64,000 nt of DNA. It comes from Candidatus Falkowbacteria bacterium RIFOXYA2_FULL_38_12. Lineage in GTDB: Bacteria > Patescibacteriota > Patescibacteriia > XYB2-FULL-38-15. The notes beneath the pieces are model-generated. The model did no database searches. It was given only the letters and a program-made list of their open reading frames with translations, and was not told the DNA's origin. Both the position numbers and the translations under genes were made by a program. Of the stretch, positions 53,875 through 64,000 are shown piece by piece; positions within the stretch are counted from its first letter, which is position 1; every line of letters starts with the position of its first letter. Location: assembly GCA_001778095.1 (NCBI GenBank), contig MFGA01000023.1:46811-110810 (forward strand). The letters are read 5' to 3'.

Positions 53875-55122
53875 ATGACATATTTAAAAGAAACCGATCC
53901 CGAAATCGCAAATTTAATTGAAAAAGAAATAAACCGTCAAAGAAACGGGCTGGAAATGATCCCATCGGAAAATTTTGTCTCCTTGGCTGTGCTGGAAGCC
54001 CTGGGAAGCGTTCTGACTAATAAATATTCTGAAGGTTATTCGGGTAAACGTTACTACGGAGGTTGTGAATTTATCGATGGGGTGGAAGACCTAGCCATTT
54101 CTCGCGCCAAAGAACTTTTTGGCGCCGAGCACGTCAATGTTCAACCTTTATCCGGCGCGCCTGCCAATATTGCTGTTTATTTTGCTCTCTTGCAACCAGG
54201 CGACACCGTTTTGGGTATGGATCTTTCTCACGGCGGACATTTGACGCACGGCCATCCGGTTACCTATATGACAAAAATTTTTAATTTTGTCCGCTACAAA
54301 ACCAATGCCGAGGGAAATATAGATTTGAATGATTTAAGAAAAATGGCCATTTTGCATAAACCAAAAATAATCTTAGTCGGCTATTCAGCCTACTCGCGAG
54401 AAATAGAATACGCAAAAATAAAAGAAATTGCCGATGAGGTTGGGGCCGTCACCATGGCTGATATTGCCCATATCGCCGGATTGATTGCCGCAGGAGAAAT
54501 GAATAACCCTGTGCCAATTTTTGATGTTGTGACAACAACAACTCATAAGACCTTGCGCGGTCCGCGAGGTGGGATGATAATGTGCAAGAAAAAATTCGCT
54601 AAAGATATTGATAAATCAGTTTTTCCGGGATTTCAAGGCGGTCCGCACGAAAATAATATTGCTGCTAAGGCCATAGCCTTTAAAGAAGCGATGGAGCCAG
54701 CCTTTAGAGAATATGCGGCGCAAATTAAAAAAAATGCTAAAACCTTAGAACAAGAATTTAAAAAAATGGATTATAAAATATGTTTTGGCGGTACGGATAA
54801 CCATTTATTATTAATTGATCTCACCAATAAAAATATCTCCGGAAAAGAGGCAACAATCGCTTTAGACAAGGCCGGCATCACTGTCAATAAAAATATGGTG
54901 CCGGACGACCCCAGGAGCCCCATGGATCCTTCAGGTATTCGCCTTGGCACACCGGCCATAACTACCCGCGGAATGAAAGAAAATGAAATGATAATTGTCG
55001 CAAGCTTAATTAATGAGGCCGTAATGAATTGGCAAAATGAAGATCTTCTTGCCGATATTAAAAACCGTGTTCTTAAACTAACTCAAAATTTTCCCCTTTA
55101 TCCGGAATTGAATATCGCCTAA
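53875..55122 (+). CDS. glyA: serine hydroxymethyltransferase
   Basis: PLP-lysine motif TTTTHKTLRGPRGG, GYSGKRYYGG and SENF motifs. Confidence 0.9.
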   Translation: MTYLKETDPEIANLIEKEINRQRNGLEMIPSENFVSLAVLEALGSVLTNKYSEGYSGKRYYGGCEFIDGVEDLAISRAKELFGAEHVNVQPLSGAPANIAVYFALLQPGDTVLGMDLSHGGHLTHGHPVTYMTKIFNFVRYKTNAEGNIDLNDLRKMAILHKPKIILVGYSAYSREIEYAKIKEIADEVGAVTMADIAHIAGLIAAGEMNNPVPIFDVVTTTTHKTLRGPRGGMIMCKKKFAKDIDKSVFPGFQGGPHENNIAAKAIAFKEAMEPAFREYAAQIKKNAKTLEQEFKKMDYKICFGGTDNHLLLIDLTNKNISGKEATIALDKAGITVNKNMVPDDPRSPMDPSGIRLGTPAITTRGMKENEMIIVASLINEAVMNWQNEDLLADIKNRVLKLTQNFPLYPELNIA

Positions 55123-55155
55123 AAAAGGCACATAAAAGGGTGTTCCCGTATTTGC

Positions 55156-55995
55156 ATGAATATTATTGATGGTAAAAAAATCGCCACGGAAATCCGCGAC
55201 GGTGTAAAAAAAGAAATTTCCTCTCTCAGAATAACCCCGGGCTTGGCCGTTATTTTAGTTGGCGCTGATCCAGCCTCACATCTTTATGTAAGTTTAAAAG
55301 AACGAGCTTCAAAAGAGGCTGGAATTCACTTCGAAAAATATTTATTTTTTGCCACCGAACCGCAAGAAAAAATAATCCAAAAAATAAAAGATTTAAATGC
55401 TGATCCTAAAATTAATGGAATCCTCGTCCAACTTCCATTGCCTTCGCAATTTAATGAAAATAAAATTATAGAGAGTATCAGTCCGGAAAAAGACGTTGAC
55501 GGCTTTCATCCAAAAAATATTGAGAAATTACTTTCCGGAAAAAAAACTATCGTCTCCCCTCTTATTTCCGGCATAATGGAATTAATAGGATCAACTGACA
55601 AAGAAATTAAAAACAAAAGAATCGCCATTCTAGCCAATAGCAAAATTTTTGCCGAGCCTCTTCAAAAAATGTTCAAAGGGAGCGACGTTCGAATAACTCT
55701 TTCCCCTGCCGATCCCGAGCCATTTGTCCGCAATGCCGACATTATAATTATCGCCCTTGGACGACCGAATTTATTAAAAGGAGATATAATAAACAAAGAG
55801 GCTATTATCATTGACATCGGGACAAATCATCTCCCCGACGGATCAACAACCGGGGACGTTGATATTGAATCTTTTCGAGAAAAAAAATGTTGGGTAACTC
55901 CTGTCCCCGGTGGCGTTGGTCCCATGACCGTGGCTATGCTTTTGCATAACATCTTAGAGATGGCGAAAAACCAATCTGGCGTATCCCCAGAGTGA
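55156..55995 (+). CDS. folD: bifunctional methylenetetrahydrofolate dehydrogenase / methenyl-THF cyclohydrolase
   Basis: GILVQLPLP, DVDGFH and PVPGGVGPMTVAML motifs. Confidence 0.9.
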   Translation: MNIIDGKKIATEIRDGVKKEISSLRITPGLAVILVGADPASHLYVSLKERASKEAGIHFEKYLFFATEPQEKIIQKIKDLNADPKINGILVQLPLPSQFNENKIIESISPEKDVDGFHPKNIEKLLSGKKTIVSPLISGIMELIGSTDKEIKNKRIAILANSKIFAEPLQKMFKGSDVRITLSPADPEPFVRNADIIIIALGRPNLLKGDIINKEAIIIDIGTNHLPDGSTTGDVDIESFREKKCWVTPVPGGVGPMTVAMLLHNILEMAKNQSGVSPE

Positions 55996-56027
55996 TTTCC
56001 TTCAATTTTGTTTTTTCCAAAAAAATG

Positions 56028-56068
56028 CACAGCGCTTTATGGCTATGCATTTTTATTATTTTTTCTAT
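56028..56068. terminator. bidirectional rho-independent terminator between convergent folD and permease genes
   Basis: AAAAATGCA-N16-TGCATTTTT palindromic stem with A and T runs on both sides. Confidence 0.5.
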
Positions 56069-56089
56069 TTTCCCAAAATGAAGTTTGTT

Positions 56090-57229
56090 TTAACCAATCT
56101 CCGGAAAAACCAATTTATAAACTATACCCAAAATAAAAATAGCCATTAATAAATAAATTACAAGTGCGGAAATCCGGATACTGTATTCCGGTTTTCTTTT
56201 TCCTATTTTTTTCGCCTTTTTCCAAATCAAAATGATCAGTAGTCCTTCAAACCCGCTGAAAATCGCCCCCACCAAAGCAATCATCGTTATAAAATTGGGT
56301 TGGTTTAACAAAAAAATTATAAGAGGAATAAAACAAGCCAATACCCAAGCTAAAAATCTATTTAATTTAAAATCCTGCTCAAAGGTATCTTTTAAATTCA
56401 AACCTAGGACTAAAAAAGAAGTGGCAATCGCCAAAAATCCGAAAACCGCCCCTAGAAAAATTATTTTGTTTCCCAAGGCTCCACTAAGACCGCTTATTGC
56501 TTCTATTGTTGTGTTCTCTCCACTGACTCCGATAACAACAAAAGCGAAAAGTATGGTAATAACAATAGGAATCAATGTCCCCCATTTTATAGCTTTTTCC
56601 AAGTTTTTTTCTTGTCCTTTTAACATTTCTTTCATCTGCGGAATCGCTGCCGCTCCTCCGAGGGCAAAAAGAATCACCCCATAGGGAAGAAAAATATTTT
56701 GAATATTTGTTATTTGCAGGTTTGGATACCAGACATGAGGCAAGCCTAAAAAGAAAATTACACCTATAACAACAAGAAGAATAGCCGTCATAAAAAACTC
56801 AACATAAGAAACCAGCTTTAGACCCGACAAAACAAGAAGAGATGAAGCGCCCCAAAAAACAAGCTGATAAGCAATAAGGCTCCCGCCGATTACGGGTGAC
56901 AAAATCATTTCCAAAAATTGACCGCCAATGATTACATAGGCAATGATTGCTCCCCAAAAAGATAATACTTGGGTGATACTGGCGATTACTTTTCCCCATT
57001 TTCCGAGATAGATTGAGGCATAGCCAACAAGCCGATGCTGTCCTTTAGTGCGCAGAGTCACTTCTCCGTAAAGAAGATGAACCATGAGCAAGATAGCGCC
57101 GATCACCCAAATATAAAAAAACCCGGTAATAAAACCAACTTCTTTGATGGCATAAGGAATACCAAAAATTCCCACTCCGATTATCATGCCAATAAGCGCG
57201 GCGACCGTGTGATAAAATTTTTTTGTCAT
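56090..57229 (-). CDS. amino-acid permease, HAAAP (Mtr/TnaB/TyrP-like aromatic amino acid) family
   Basis: 11 predicted TM helices; N-terminal GMIIGVGIFGIPYA motif. Confidence 0.5.
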   Translation of the reverse strand: MTKKFYHTVAALIGMIIGVGIFGIPYAIKEVGFITGFFYIWVIGAILLMVHLLYGEVTLRTKGQHRLVGYASIYLGKWGKVIASITQVLSFWGAIIAYVIIGGQFLEMILSPVIGGSLIAYQLVFWGASSLLVLSGLKLVSYVEFFMTAILLVVIGVIFFLGLPHVWYPNLQITNIQNIFLPYGVILFALGGAAAIPQMKEMLKGQEKNLEKAIKWGTLIPIVITILFAFVVIGVSGENTTIEAISGLSGALGNKIIFLGAVFGFLAIATSFLVLGLNLKDTFEQDFKLNRFLAWVLACFIPLIIFLLNQPNFITMIALVGAIFSGFEGLLIILIWKKAKKIGKRKPEYSIRISALVIYLLMAIFILGIVYKLVFPEIG

Positions 57230-57332
57230 ATTGTTAATTAATTATAAAATAAATAAATAATAACAGCAATATTTCTAACTTTTTTGAATTTGGTATATAA
57301 TAAAAAAATGCGTATAAAATAAAAGATGTTGC

Positions 57333-58769
57333 ATGAAAATTGACTTCTTGGATAAAATAAACGAAAAAGAAATAAAAAAAAGGCCGCTCTATATAAGATC
57401 GGCTGTTGTTTTAGCTATAATAACTCCTTTATTCTTTTTCCAACTGACTTCAATCGGCAATCTCTTCCGTCCTTTTTTCAGAATGAACCAAAACTTAGAA
57501 AATACTGAATTTCAAAATATCGCGGAATGGGTCGGACAAATCGGTCAAATAATCAGAAGTGGTGATAAGTCGCTCGAAGGAGAAAGAGATGATCGCATTA
57601 ACATTCTTCTTTTGGGAATGGGCGGAGCGGGGCACGACGGAGCCTATCTTACCGATACCATGATTTTGGCGAGTATAAAAACAAAAGAAAAAAAGATATC
57701 AATGATTTCCATTCCACGCGATCTGACTGTCCCCATCGACGGCTACGGCTGGCGAAGAGTAAATAATATCAACGCCTTTGCCGAGGCAAAAGAAAAAGGT
57801 AGTGGCAGTCAAACTACCGCAAAAACTCTTAGCCAAATTTTCAAGATTCCCATACATTATTATATAAGGGCTGATTTCAAGGGATTCCAGAAGCTGGTTG
57901 ATCGGTTGGGCGGGGTTTCTGTTTACGTGGATCGAGCTTTTGTTGACAACCAATACCCCACTCTTGATGAAAAGTACCAAGTTCTTACTTTTAACGAAGG
58001 TTGGCAAGTTATGGATGGCGACAAGGCTCTAAAATTTGTCCGTTCAAGACACGGCTCAAACGGCGAAGCTTCCGACTTTGCCAGAAGCAAACGCCAACAA
58101 AAGATTTTAATAGCTTTGAAAGATAAAATTTTCTCTTTTAGCACTATCTTCAATCCGCTGAAATTACAAGGAATCTACAGCGATATTAGTAGCTCCATTG
58201 ACACAAACCTAAAAATGTGGGAGATTATGAGACTGAGAAAAATCATTGAGAGCATTGACACAAGCACAATTATCAACAAGGTTATAAGCGATGAAAAAGG
58301 TAATTTTTTAGTGGCGGCAAATATTGACGGAGCTTATGTCTTACAACCCAAAACCGGTAATTTTGATGAAATTAATTCAATGATAAAAAATATTTTTGAA
58401 AGTACTGAGCCCAAGGAAGAACACAAACCGATTCCACTTAGAGTAGAGGTACAAAATGGAACAAAGAAAAATGGCTTGGCTTCAAAAACTTCAAAAGACA
58501 TAGAAGGTCTTGGATACGAGGTAACTAAAATTTGTAACGCTATAGAGCAGGATTACGAAAAAACGATTATCTACGACCTTACGGCAGGAAAGAGAAGAAA
58601 AGAACTGGATATTTTAAGAGAAAAATTAAATGCCGATGTTTCCTTTTCTCCACCGTCATGGCTTGTAAACCCGGCGACCCCATCCCAAGTTGATATTGAC
58701 ACTCCTTCTCCGATAAGCAATGAATCGCCTATAGATTTTTTAATAATACTGGGAGCTAATATTGAATAA
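57333..58769 (+). CDS. LCP-family (LytR-CpsA-Psr) cell-envelope phosphotransferase with LytR_C domain
   Basis: N-terminal TM; RINILLLGMGGAGHDGAYLTDTMILASI, SIPRDL and KFVRSRHGS conserved blocks; C-terminal LytR_C (VEVQNGTKKNGLA). Confidence 0.75.
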   Translation: MKIDFLDKINEKEIKKRPLYIRSAVVLAIITPLFFFQLTSIGNLFRPFFRMNQNLENTEFQNIAEWVGQIGQIIRSGDKSLEGERDDRINILLLGMGGAGHDGAYLTDTMILASIKTKEKKISMISIPRDLTVPIDGYGWRRVNNINAFAEAKEKGSGSQTTAKTLSQIFKIPIHYYIRADFKGFQKLVDRLGGVSVYVDRAFVDNQYPTLDEKYQVLTFNEGWQVMDGDKALKFVRSRHGSNGEASDFARSKRQQKILIALKDKIFSFSTIFNPLKLQGIYSDISSSIDTNLKMWEIMRLRKIIESIDTSTIINKVISDEKGNFLVAANIDGAYVLQPKTGNFDEINSMIKNIFESTEPKEEHKPIPLRVEVQNGTKKNGLASKTSKDIEGLGYEVTKICNAIEQDYEKTIIYDLTAGKRRKELDILREKLNADVSFSPPSWLVNPATPSQVDIDTPSPISNESPIDFLIILGANIE

Positions 58770-60192
58770 AGCCTCGTCCCCTAATAATTGGGCTAAAGCT
58801 AATAGTATGATAGAAATAGAAAATAAACCGACAATAGCTATAGTCGGACGGTCTAACGTAGGAAAATCAACTCTCTTTAATAAATTAATTGAGAGGCCAA
58901 AAGCGATTGTTTTCCCCGTAGCCGGAACAACTAGAGATAGAAATTACGGCCGAGCCCTTTGGCAGGGATATGAGCTTATTTTTGTTGATACCGGTGGCAT
59001 AGAAGATTCTAAGATTATTGACAAGGAGATAAGAAAACAAGTTGATATTGCTATAAAAAAAGCGCATCTGCTTCTTTTTGTAGTTGATTTGAGGGATGGA
59101 CTAATGCCTCAAGACGTAAAAATATCCAAAATTTTAAATAAGTTAAAAAAACCGGTTATTTTAGTCGGCAATAAGGCAGATACTCCTTCTCTAAGAATGC
59201 TATCGGAAAACAAGGAGTGGTTGCGATTGAATCTGGGAACGCCTGTCGCGGTTTCCGCTTCTATGGGAATGGGCACGGGAGATCTTTTGGATAAAATATT
59301 CGCGAAAATAAAAGAAAACAAAAACCCATTGGAAGAAATTTCTAAAAACGACGGCGAAGAAATAATCAAAGTGGCGATTGTCGGAAAACCAAATGTGGGC
59401 AAATCGTCTCTGCTCAATACTCTTTTGGGACAAGAAAGAGTTTTGGTAAGCGACGCGCCTTTTACCACGCGCGAGCCACAAGATATTTTATTAAGACAAG
59501 ATGGCCAACTTTTTCTTCTGATTGATACTGTCGGAATGAGAAAGTCTGCTAGAGTGGAATCCGGTTTGGAAAAAATAGGAGTAAAAAGAAGTATAAACGC
59601 GATAAGAAGAGCTGACGTTATTATTTTCGTTACCGAAGTGGACAAACCATTAACCATCCAAGACAAACACTTATCTCAAGTTATTCTGGAAAGCAACGCC
59701 GGACTGATCATCGTCGCGAATAAATGGGATCTTATCCCAGAAAAAAATACACAGACAATGAATTACTATATTGATTATTATCATCGTTTTTTTCCATATT
59801 TAAATTGGGCAATGATAGCGCCAGCTTCGGCAAAAACCGGAGAAAAAATAAAAAAAATACTTGATCTGTCCGCTTTGGTCAATAAAAAAAGAAATCGCTA
59901 CGTAGATTCGGAAGAATTAAAAAATTTCTTAAAGAAAACTCTTCTGCAACATAAAGCCATAATCCATCGCAAAAAGAATATGAGCGCGCGACCAAAAATT
60001 GTCGGTCTGACTCAAGAAGGAAACCGCCCGCCGAAATTCAATTTACTCACTACATCAAAAGAAAAACTTCCCGAAGGTTTAGTTAAATTTATTGAAAAAA
60101 GATTAAGGGAAAATTTTGACTTTACCGGCACTCCCATAAAAATGGAAGTGAGGCAGATAAAAAAAGGCGATTTTATCAACCAACAAATATAA
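58762..60192 (+). CDS. der: ribosome biogenesis GTPase Der (EngA)
   Basis: Two G-domains (GRSNVGKSTLFN/DTGG and GKPNVGKSSLLN/DTVG/NKWD) and a C-terminal KH-like domain. Confidence 0.85.
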   Translation: MNKASSPNNWAKANSMIEIENKPTIAIVGRSNVGKSTLFNKLIERPKAIVFPVAGTTRDRNYGRALWQGYELIFVDTGGIEDSKIIDKEIRKQVDIAIKKAHLLLFVVDLRDGLMPQDVKISKILNKLKKPVILVGNKADTPSLRMLSENKEWLRLNLGTPVAVSASMGMGTGDLLDKIFAKIKENKNPLEEISKNDGEEIIKVAIVGKPNVGKSSLLNTLLGQERVLVSDAPFTTREPQDILLRQDGQLFLLIDTVGMRKSARVESGLEKIGVKRSINAIRRADVIIFVTEVDKPLTIQDKHLSQVILESNAGLIIVANKWDLIPEKNTQTMNYYIDYYHRFFPYLNWAMIAPASAKTGEKIKKILDLSALVNKKRNRYVDSEELKNFLKKTLLQHKAIIHRKKNMSARPKIVGLTQEGNRPPKFNLLTTSKEKLPEGLVKFIEKRLRENFDFTGTPIKMEVRQIKKGDFINQQI

Positions 60193-60194
60193 TT

Positions 60195-60767
60195 ATGAAA
60201 ATAATTATCGGTCTCGGCAACCCCGGTTCAAAATACGACAAGACAAGACACAATGTCGGCTTTGATCTTGTTTCTTTTTACGCCGATTCGGAAAAGTCCC
60301 ATTTCTCCGAATGGAAAACAAACAAAAAATTTGATTCCGAAATAGCCGAAGGAAAAATAAACGGAGAAAAAATAATTCTCGCTAAGCCCCAGACTTTCAT
60401 GAACGACAGTGGCCGAGCGGTTTTTAATATCGCTAAATTCTATAAAGTTGCGCCTCGGGACATTCTTGTCGTTCACGACGACATTGATTTGCCGTTGGGA
60501 AAAATAAGAATAAAAAAAACCGGATCATCCGGCGGGCACCGCGGAATTGAATCCATTATTGAATCTTTGGGGAGCGAACAATTTATTCGTTTAAAAATCG
60601 GCGTTGGCTTTCCGGAAAATAAAAAAATTGACGCCGCAAAACTTGTTTTGAAAAAAATATCCAAAGTCGAAAATAAAATTATTGATGAAACAAAAAAAAG
60701 AATTGCCGAAGCAATCTCAATGATTATGGAAAACAAAGAAGATGAAGCAATGAATCGTTTTAACTAA
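60195..60767 (+). CDS. pth: peptidyl-tRNA hydrolase
   Basis: IGLGNPG, HN(V/I)GF and VVHDDID motifs. Confidence 0.9.
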   Translation: MKIIIGLGNPGSKYDKTRHNVGFDLVSFYADSEKSHFSEWKTNKKFDSEIAEGKINGEKIILAKPQTFMNDSGRAVFNIAKFYKVAPRDILVVHDDIDLPLGKIRIKKTGSSGGHRGIESIIESLGSEQFIRLKIGVGFPENKKIDAAKLVLKKISKVENKIIDETKKRIAEAISMIMENKEDEAMNRFN

Positions 60768-61009
60768 GTCGTTTTAAAATTGGATTTTTTCCAAAATTCC
60801 GCCTACCAGCGTAAAGACCTTTCCGAGAACGGAAAAATCTTTAACTTCTGGCTACTTACTAGGTTAGGAGGGGTAACTTCGCTTTCACCGCTAATAGACG
60901 GAACCCTGAAACAAATCATACTTCCTTAATACTACCATCATTTTCAAAATTTTGTCAAAGAGAAATAACATAATTATCTTTTTCCTCTAGCCGTGGAGAA
61001 AACCAGAAA

Positions 61010-62110
61010 ATGAACCTTAATGAAGACATAAAATATTGGGTTGCCTTTTCAAGAGTTCCAAAAATTGGAGCGACTCGGCTCGCGCGATTATACGGTTTTT
61101 TCAGTTCAATGCAAGAGGCCTGGCAGGCTTCTTTTTCTGACTTAATGTCCTCCGGATTGGAAGAAAAAATCGTTAATGAATTTTTTGCGGAAAAAAATTC
61201 CATTGATCCCGACGCGGAATGGAAAAAATTAGAAAAAGAAAATATTAAAGTAGTTACGATAGGCGACAAACATTATCCGAAATTATTAAAAGAAATTTGG
61301 AATCCCCCATCGCTCCTCTACTACAAGGGAACTTTACCGGAAAACGAAGAATATACTATCGGAGTTGTCGGCACGAGAAAAATAAGCAACTATGGAAAAC
61401 AAATTATTCCTCAAGTCGTCAATGATCTGGTAAAAAACGGTTTTACTATTGTGAGCGGTCTGGCTCTTGGTGTTGATGCTTTGGCGCATAAGACGACTGT
61501 TGATTGTAAAGGAAAGACTGTCGCTGTACTCGGATCGGGAATAGACGAACAAAATATTTATCCGACTCAAAACAGATATCTCGCTTCTGAAATAATAAAA
61601 AATGGCGGAGCGGTTATTTCCGAATATCCACTCGGCACCATAGCCTTCCCGGGAAATTTTCCCTTTCGCAACAGAATAATTTCGGGACTATCGCTCGGCA
61701 CGCTTGTTATTGAAGCGGCTGAAGAATCCGGAGCTCTTATTACTGCCAAATACGCCCTGGATCAAAATAGAGAAGTTTTCGCCGTGCCCGGCAGTATTTT
61801 TAGCCCGACCTCGGCTGGCCCGAATAAATTGATTAAGATGGGAGCGCGAGTTGTTACCTCAATTGATGATATTCTCGAAACTCTTAACTTGGCAAACGCG
61901 ACTGAATTTATCAAGAATAAAAAAATCATTCCGCAGTCGCCGGAAGAAGAAAAAATCTCCACTATTTTGACTCAAGAACCTATGCATATTGATAAAGTAA
62001 TCTTAGGATCGGGGCTTGACGCCGCGAGAGTTGGAGCTATACTTACACTTATGGAAATGAAAGGTCTCGTAAAAAACTTAGGTGGAATGAATTATATTAT
62101 AATAAAATAA
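61010..62110 (+). CDS. dprA: DNA processing protein DprA
   Basis: Rossmann-like DprA core (GVVGTRKISNYG, GLALGVDALAH, FAVPGSIF) and a C-terminal winged-helix. Confidence 0.8.
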   Translation: MNLNEDIKYWVAFSRVPKIGATRLARLYGFFSSMQEAWQASFSDLMSSGLEEKIVNEFFAEKNSIDPDAEWKKLEKENIKVVTIGDKHYPKLLKEIWNPPSLLYYKGTLPENEEYTIGVVGTRKISNYGKQIIPQVVNDLVKNGFTIVSGLALGVDALAHKTTVDCKGKTVAVLGSGIDEQNIYPTQNRYLASEIIKNGGAVISEYPLGTIAFPGNFPFRNRIISGLSLGTLVIEAAEESGALITAKYALDQNREVFAVPGSIFSPTSAGPNKLIKMGARVVTSIDDILETLNLANATEFIKNKKIIPQSPEEEKISTILTQEPMHIDKVILGSGLDAARVGAILTLMEMKGLVKNLGGMNYIIIK

Positions 62111-62116
62111 TCTTAT

Positions 62117-64000
62117 ATGAATTTAGTCATCGTGGAATCTCCAACAAAAGCAAAAACTATTTCCCGTTTTTTAGGGAAGGATTTTGTAGTTAGATCTTCC
62201 TTTGGACACTTGAGGGATCTCCCGCAAAGAGAGATGGGAATTGACATAGAAAATAACTTCAAACCCCATTATGTTGTCCCCAGAAAAAATCAAAAAATTG
62301 TCACTGAACTTAAAAAATTTGCCGGAAAAGCAAAATATATCTACTTTGCGTCTGATGAGGACCGTGAAGGAGAAGCTATTTCTTGGCACTTGGCAGAAAT
62401 TTTAAAACCAAAAAAAGATCAATCAAAAAGAATCGCTTTTCATGAAATCACTGAAGAAGCTATTCTTCGCGCCATAGAAAACCCGCGAGAGATCGACCAA
62501 AATATGGTGGATGCCCAACAAGCTCGGCGCGTTTTGGATCGCTTGGTCGGCTACGAAATATCCCCTTTTCTTTGGAAAAAAATAACCAAAGGACTGTCTG
62601 CTGGACGCGTCCAATCGGTCGCTGTACGACTTATCGTAGAGCGAGAAGGGGAAATAAAAAAATTTGTTCCGGAAGAATATTGGGATATTTCCGGAGAATT
62701 CAAAAAAGAAAAAGGAGAGGAAAATATCACCGCCAAACTGAATAAAATAAATGGAGAAACTTTAGATAAATTTTATATAAAATCAAAAGATGGCGCGGAT
62801 AAAATATTAAAAGATCTGGACGGTTCTCTTTATTCAGTCAAAAATATTGAGAAAAAAGAAACAAAGCGCTCTCCCCACCCGCCATTTACAACTTCCACCT
62901 TGCAACAAGAGGCGAACAGACGCTTGGGATTTTCCGCCAAACAAACCATGATGCTCGCCCAACAACTTTACGAAGGAGTTGACTTGGGAAGCGCCGGATC
63001 GGTCGGTCTTATCACCTATATGAGAACCGATTCCTTAAATTTGGCCGAGAAATTTTTAGAAGAAGCAAAATCTTTTATTTCAAAATCTTTTGGAAAAGAA
63101 TATTCTTCCGCCGCGCCAAAAAAATATACAACAAAATCAAAACTGGCCCAAGAGGCGCACGAAGCAATCAGACCGACGAATGTTTCCAATGATCCGGAAA
63201 AAATAAAAAGCTATCTGAATGATAATCAATATAAACTTTATAATTTGATTTGGCGCCGAGCGGTCGCCTCGCAGATGCCGGAAGCAGTTCTTACGAGTAC
63301 CGCCATTGATATTGCCGCGGAAAAAAATAATTTAGAAGATGAATATACTTTTAGAGCGAACGGATTGGTAGTCAAATTTGATGGGTTTTTAAAAGTTTAT
63401 GGAACAAATCAAGAAACCATTCTTCCCGCCTTTTCTCTTGAAGAAGTTTTGCAACTTATCGGATTAACGCCGGCGCAACACTTCACCGAACCTCCCAGCC
63501 GTTATAGTGATGCTTCTTTAGTTAAAGCTCTGGAAGAATACGGCATCGGTCGTCCATCAACTTACGCGCCGACCATTTCTACGATTATTGAGCGGGGCTA
63601 TGTGGAAAAAATAGAAAATAGAAGATTAAAGCCAACAGATATCGCTTTTGTGGTTAATAAAGTTTTAGAAGAACATTTCCCACAAATTGTTGATTATCAA
63701 TTTACGGCAAAAATGGAAAATAATCTTGATGAAATCGCCGAAGGAAAAAAAGAATGGGTACCGGTCATCAGCGACTTCTACGGACCTTTCAAAGAAAATC
63801 TGGAAAAGAAGTATAAAGAAATAAAAAAAGTTGAAGAGGAGACCGACGAAAAATGCGAAAAGTGCGGAGCGCCAATGGTGATTAAGATGGGAAGGTTTGG
63901 GAAATTTATGGCCTGCAGCGGATTTCCGGAATGTAAAAATATAAAATCATTGAAAAAAAAGGGGGCAAACGGAGAAGAAATTGCTCCCGAGACCACTGAC
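62117..64000 (+). CDS. topA: DNA topoisomerase I, 5' 628 codons (runs off the window end)
   Basis: TOPRIM start MNLVIVESPTKAKTI, DEDREGEAI, active-site SAGRVQS/Tyr region, and C-terminal Zn ribbon CEKCGAPMV...CSGFPEC. It is open to the window edge, hence absent from the ORF track. Confidence 0.85.
   Translation, partial: MNLVIVESPTKAKTISRFLGKDFVVRSSFGHLRDLPQREMGIDIENNFKPHYVVPRKNQKIVTELKKFAGKAKYIYFASDEDREGEAISWHLAEILKPKKDQSKRIAFHEITEEAILRAIENPREIDQNMVDAQQARRVLDRLVGYEISPFLWKKITKGLSAGRVQSVAVRLIVEREGEIKKFVPEEYWDISGEFKKEKGEENITAKLNKINGETLDKFYIKSKDGADKILKDLDGSLYSVKNIEKKETKRSPHPPFTTSTLQQEANRRLGFSAKQTMMLAQQLYEGVDLGSAGSVGLITYMRTDSLNLAEKFLEEAKSFISKSFGKEYSSAAPKKYTTKSKLAQEAHEAIRPTNVSNDPEKIKSYLNDNQYKLYNLIWRRAVASQMPEAVLTSTAIDIAAEKNNLEDEYTFRANGLVVKFDGFLKVYGTNQETILPAFSLEEVLQLIGLTPAQHFTEPPSRYSDASLVKALEEYGIGRPSTYAPTISTIIERGYVEKIENRRLKPTDIAFVVNKVLEEHFPQIVDYQFTAKMENNLDEIAEGKKEWVPVISDFYGPFKENLEKKYKEIKKVEEETDEKCEKCGAPMVIKMGRFGKFMACSGFPECKNIKSLKKKGANGEEIAPETTD

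Overview
The window is AT-rich and gene-dense, and about 50 of its 64 kb is transcribed from the minus strand. The gene set is typical of a small-genome Gram-positive-type or Patescibacteria/CPR-like bacterium, though that placement is inference only. Housekeeping genes with clear family motifs include rarA, folC, lutA/lutB-like Fe-S proteins, rlmH, tpiA, an M16 peptidase, glyQS, frr, holB, murC, glyA, folD, der, pth, dprA, topA (running off the 3' end), a DEAD-box helicase, an Elp3 homolog, a NUDIX hydrolase and an LCP-family protein. Five tRNA genes are readable from sequence: Pro(CGG) on the plus strand, and Trp(CCA), Thr(UGU), Tyr(GUA) and Thr(GGU) on the minus strand. No rRNA or CRISPR array is present.

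Four regions are not housekeeping:
- A six-gene minus-strand operon (6.4-15.3 kb) encodes exclusively secreted or membrane-anchored proteins. It contains two cohesin-like anchored proteins, a dockerin-bearing Cys-rich protein, a 1153-aa protein with two BNR/Asp-box propeller repeats, and a small paralog sharing its ~190-aa C-terminal domain with conserved W-x-L motifs. It also contains a signal-peptide/C-terminal-TM protein whose LysM domain lies after the transmembrane helix. This looks like a candidate cell-surface adhesion complex (cohesin-dockerin plus Csc/WxL-like).
- A minimal type IV pilus locus (27.0-33.0 kb) carries a major pilin, four minor or pseudo-pilins, PilC and PilB. One pilin is fused to an LVIVD beta-propeller.
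- A tRNA cluster (39.1-39.8 kb) has a GIY-YIG nuclease gene nested among duplicated tRNA-Thr fragments whose arms are replaced by CCCCGCAAATGCGGGG hairpins.
- Two families of intercistronic palindromic elements occur in multiple copies. One is a ~100-nt GTCATYCYGAGC...GGATGAC family with four copies. The other is a pair of ~160-nt long-hairpin elements whose terminal stems differ between copies but remain self-complementary.

There is also a compact plus-strand unit consisting of a promoter, a Shine-Dalgarno site, a 16-codon ORF and a terminator at 48.46-48.64 kb.
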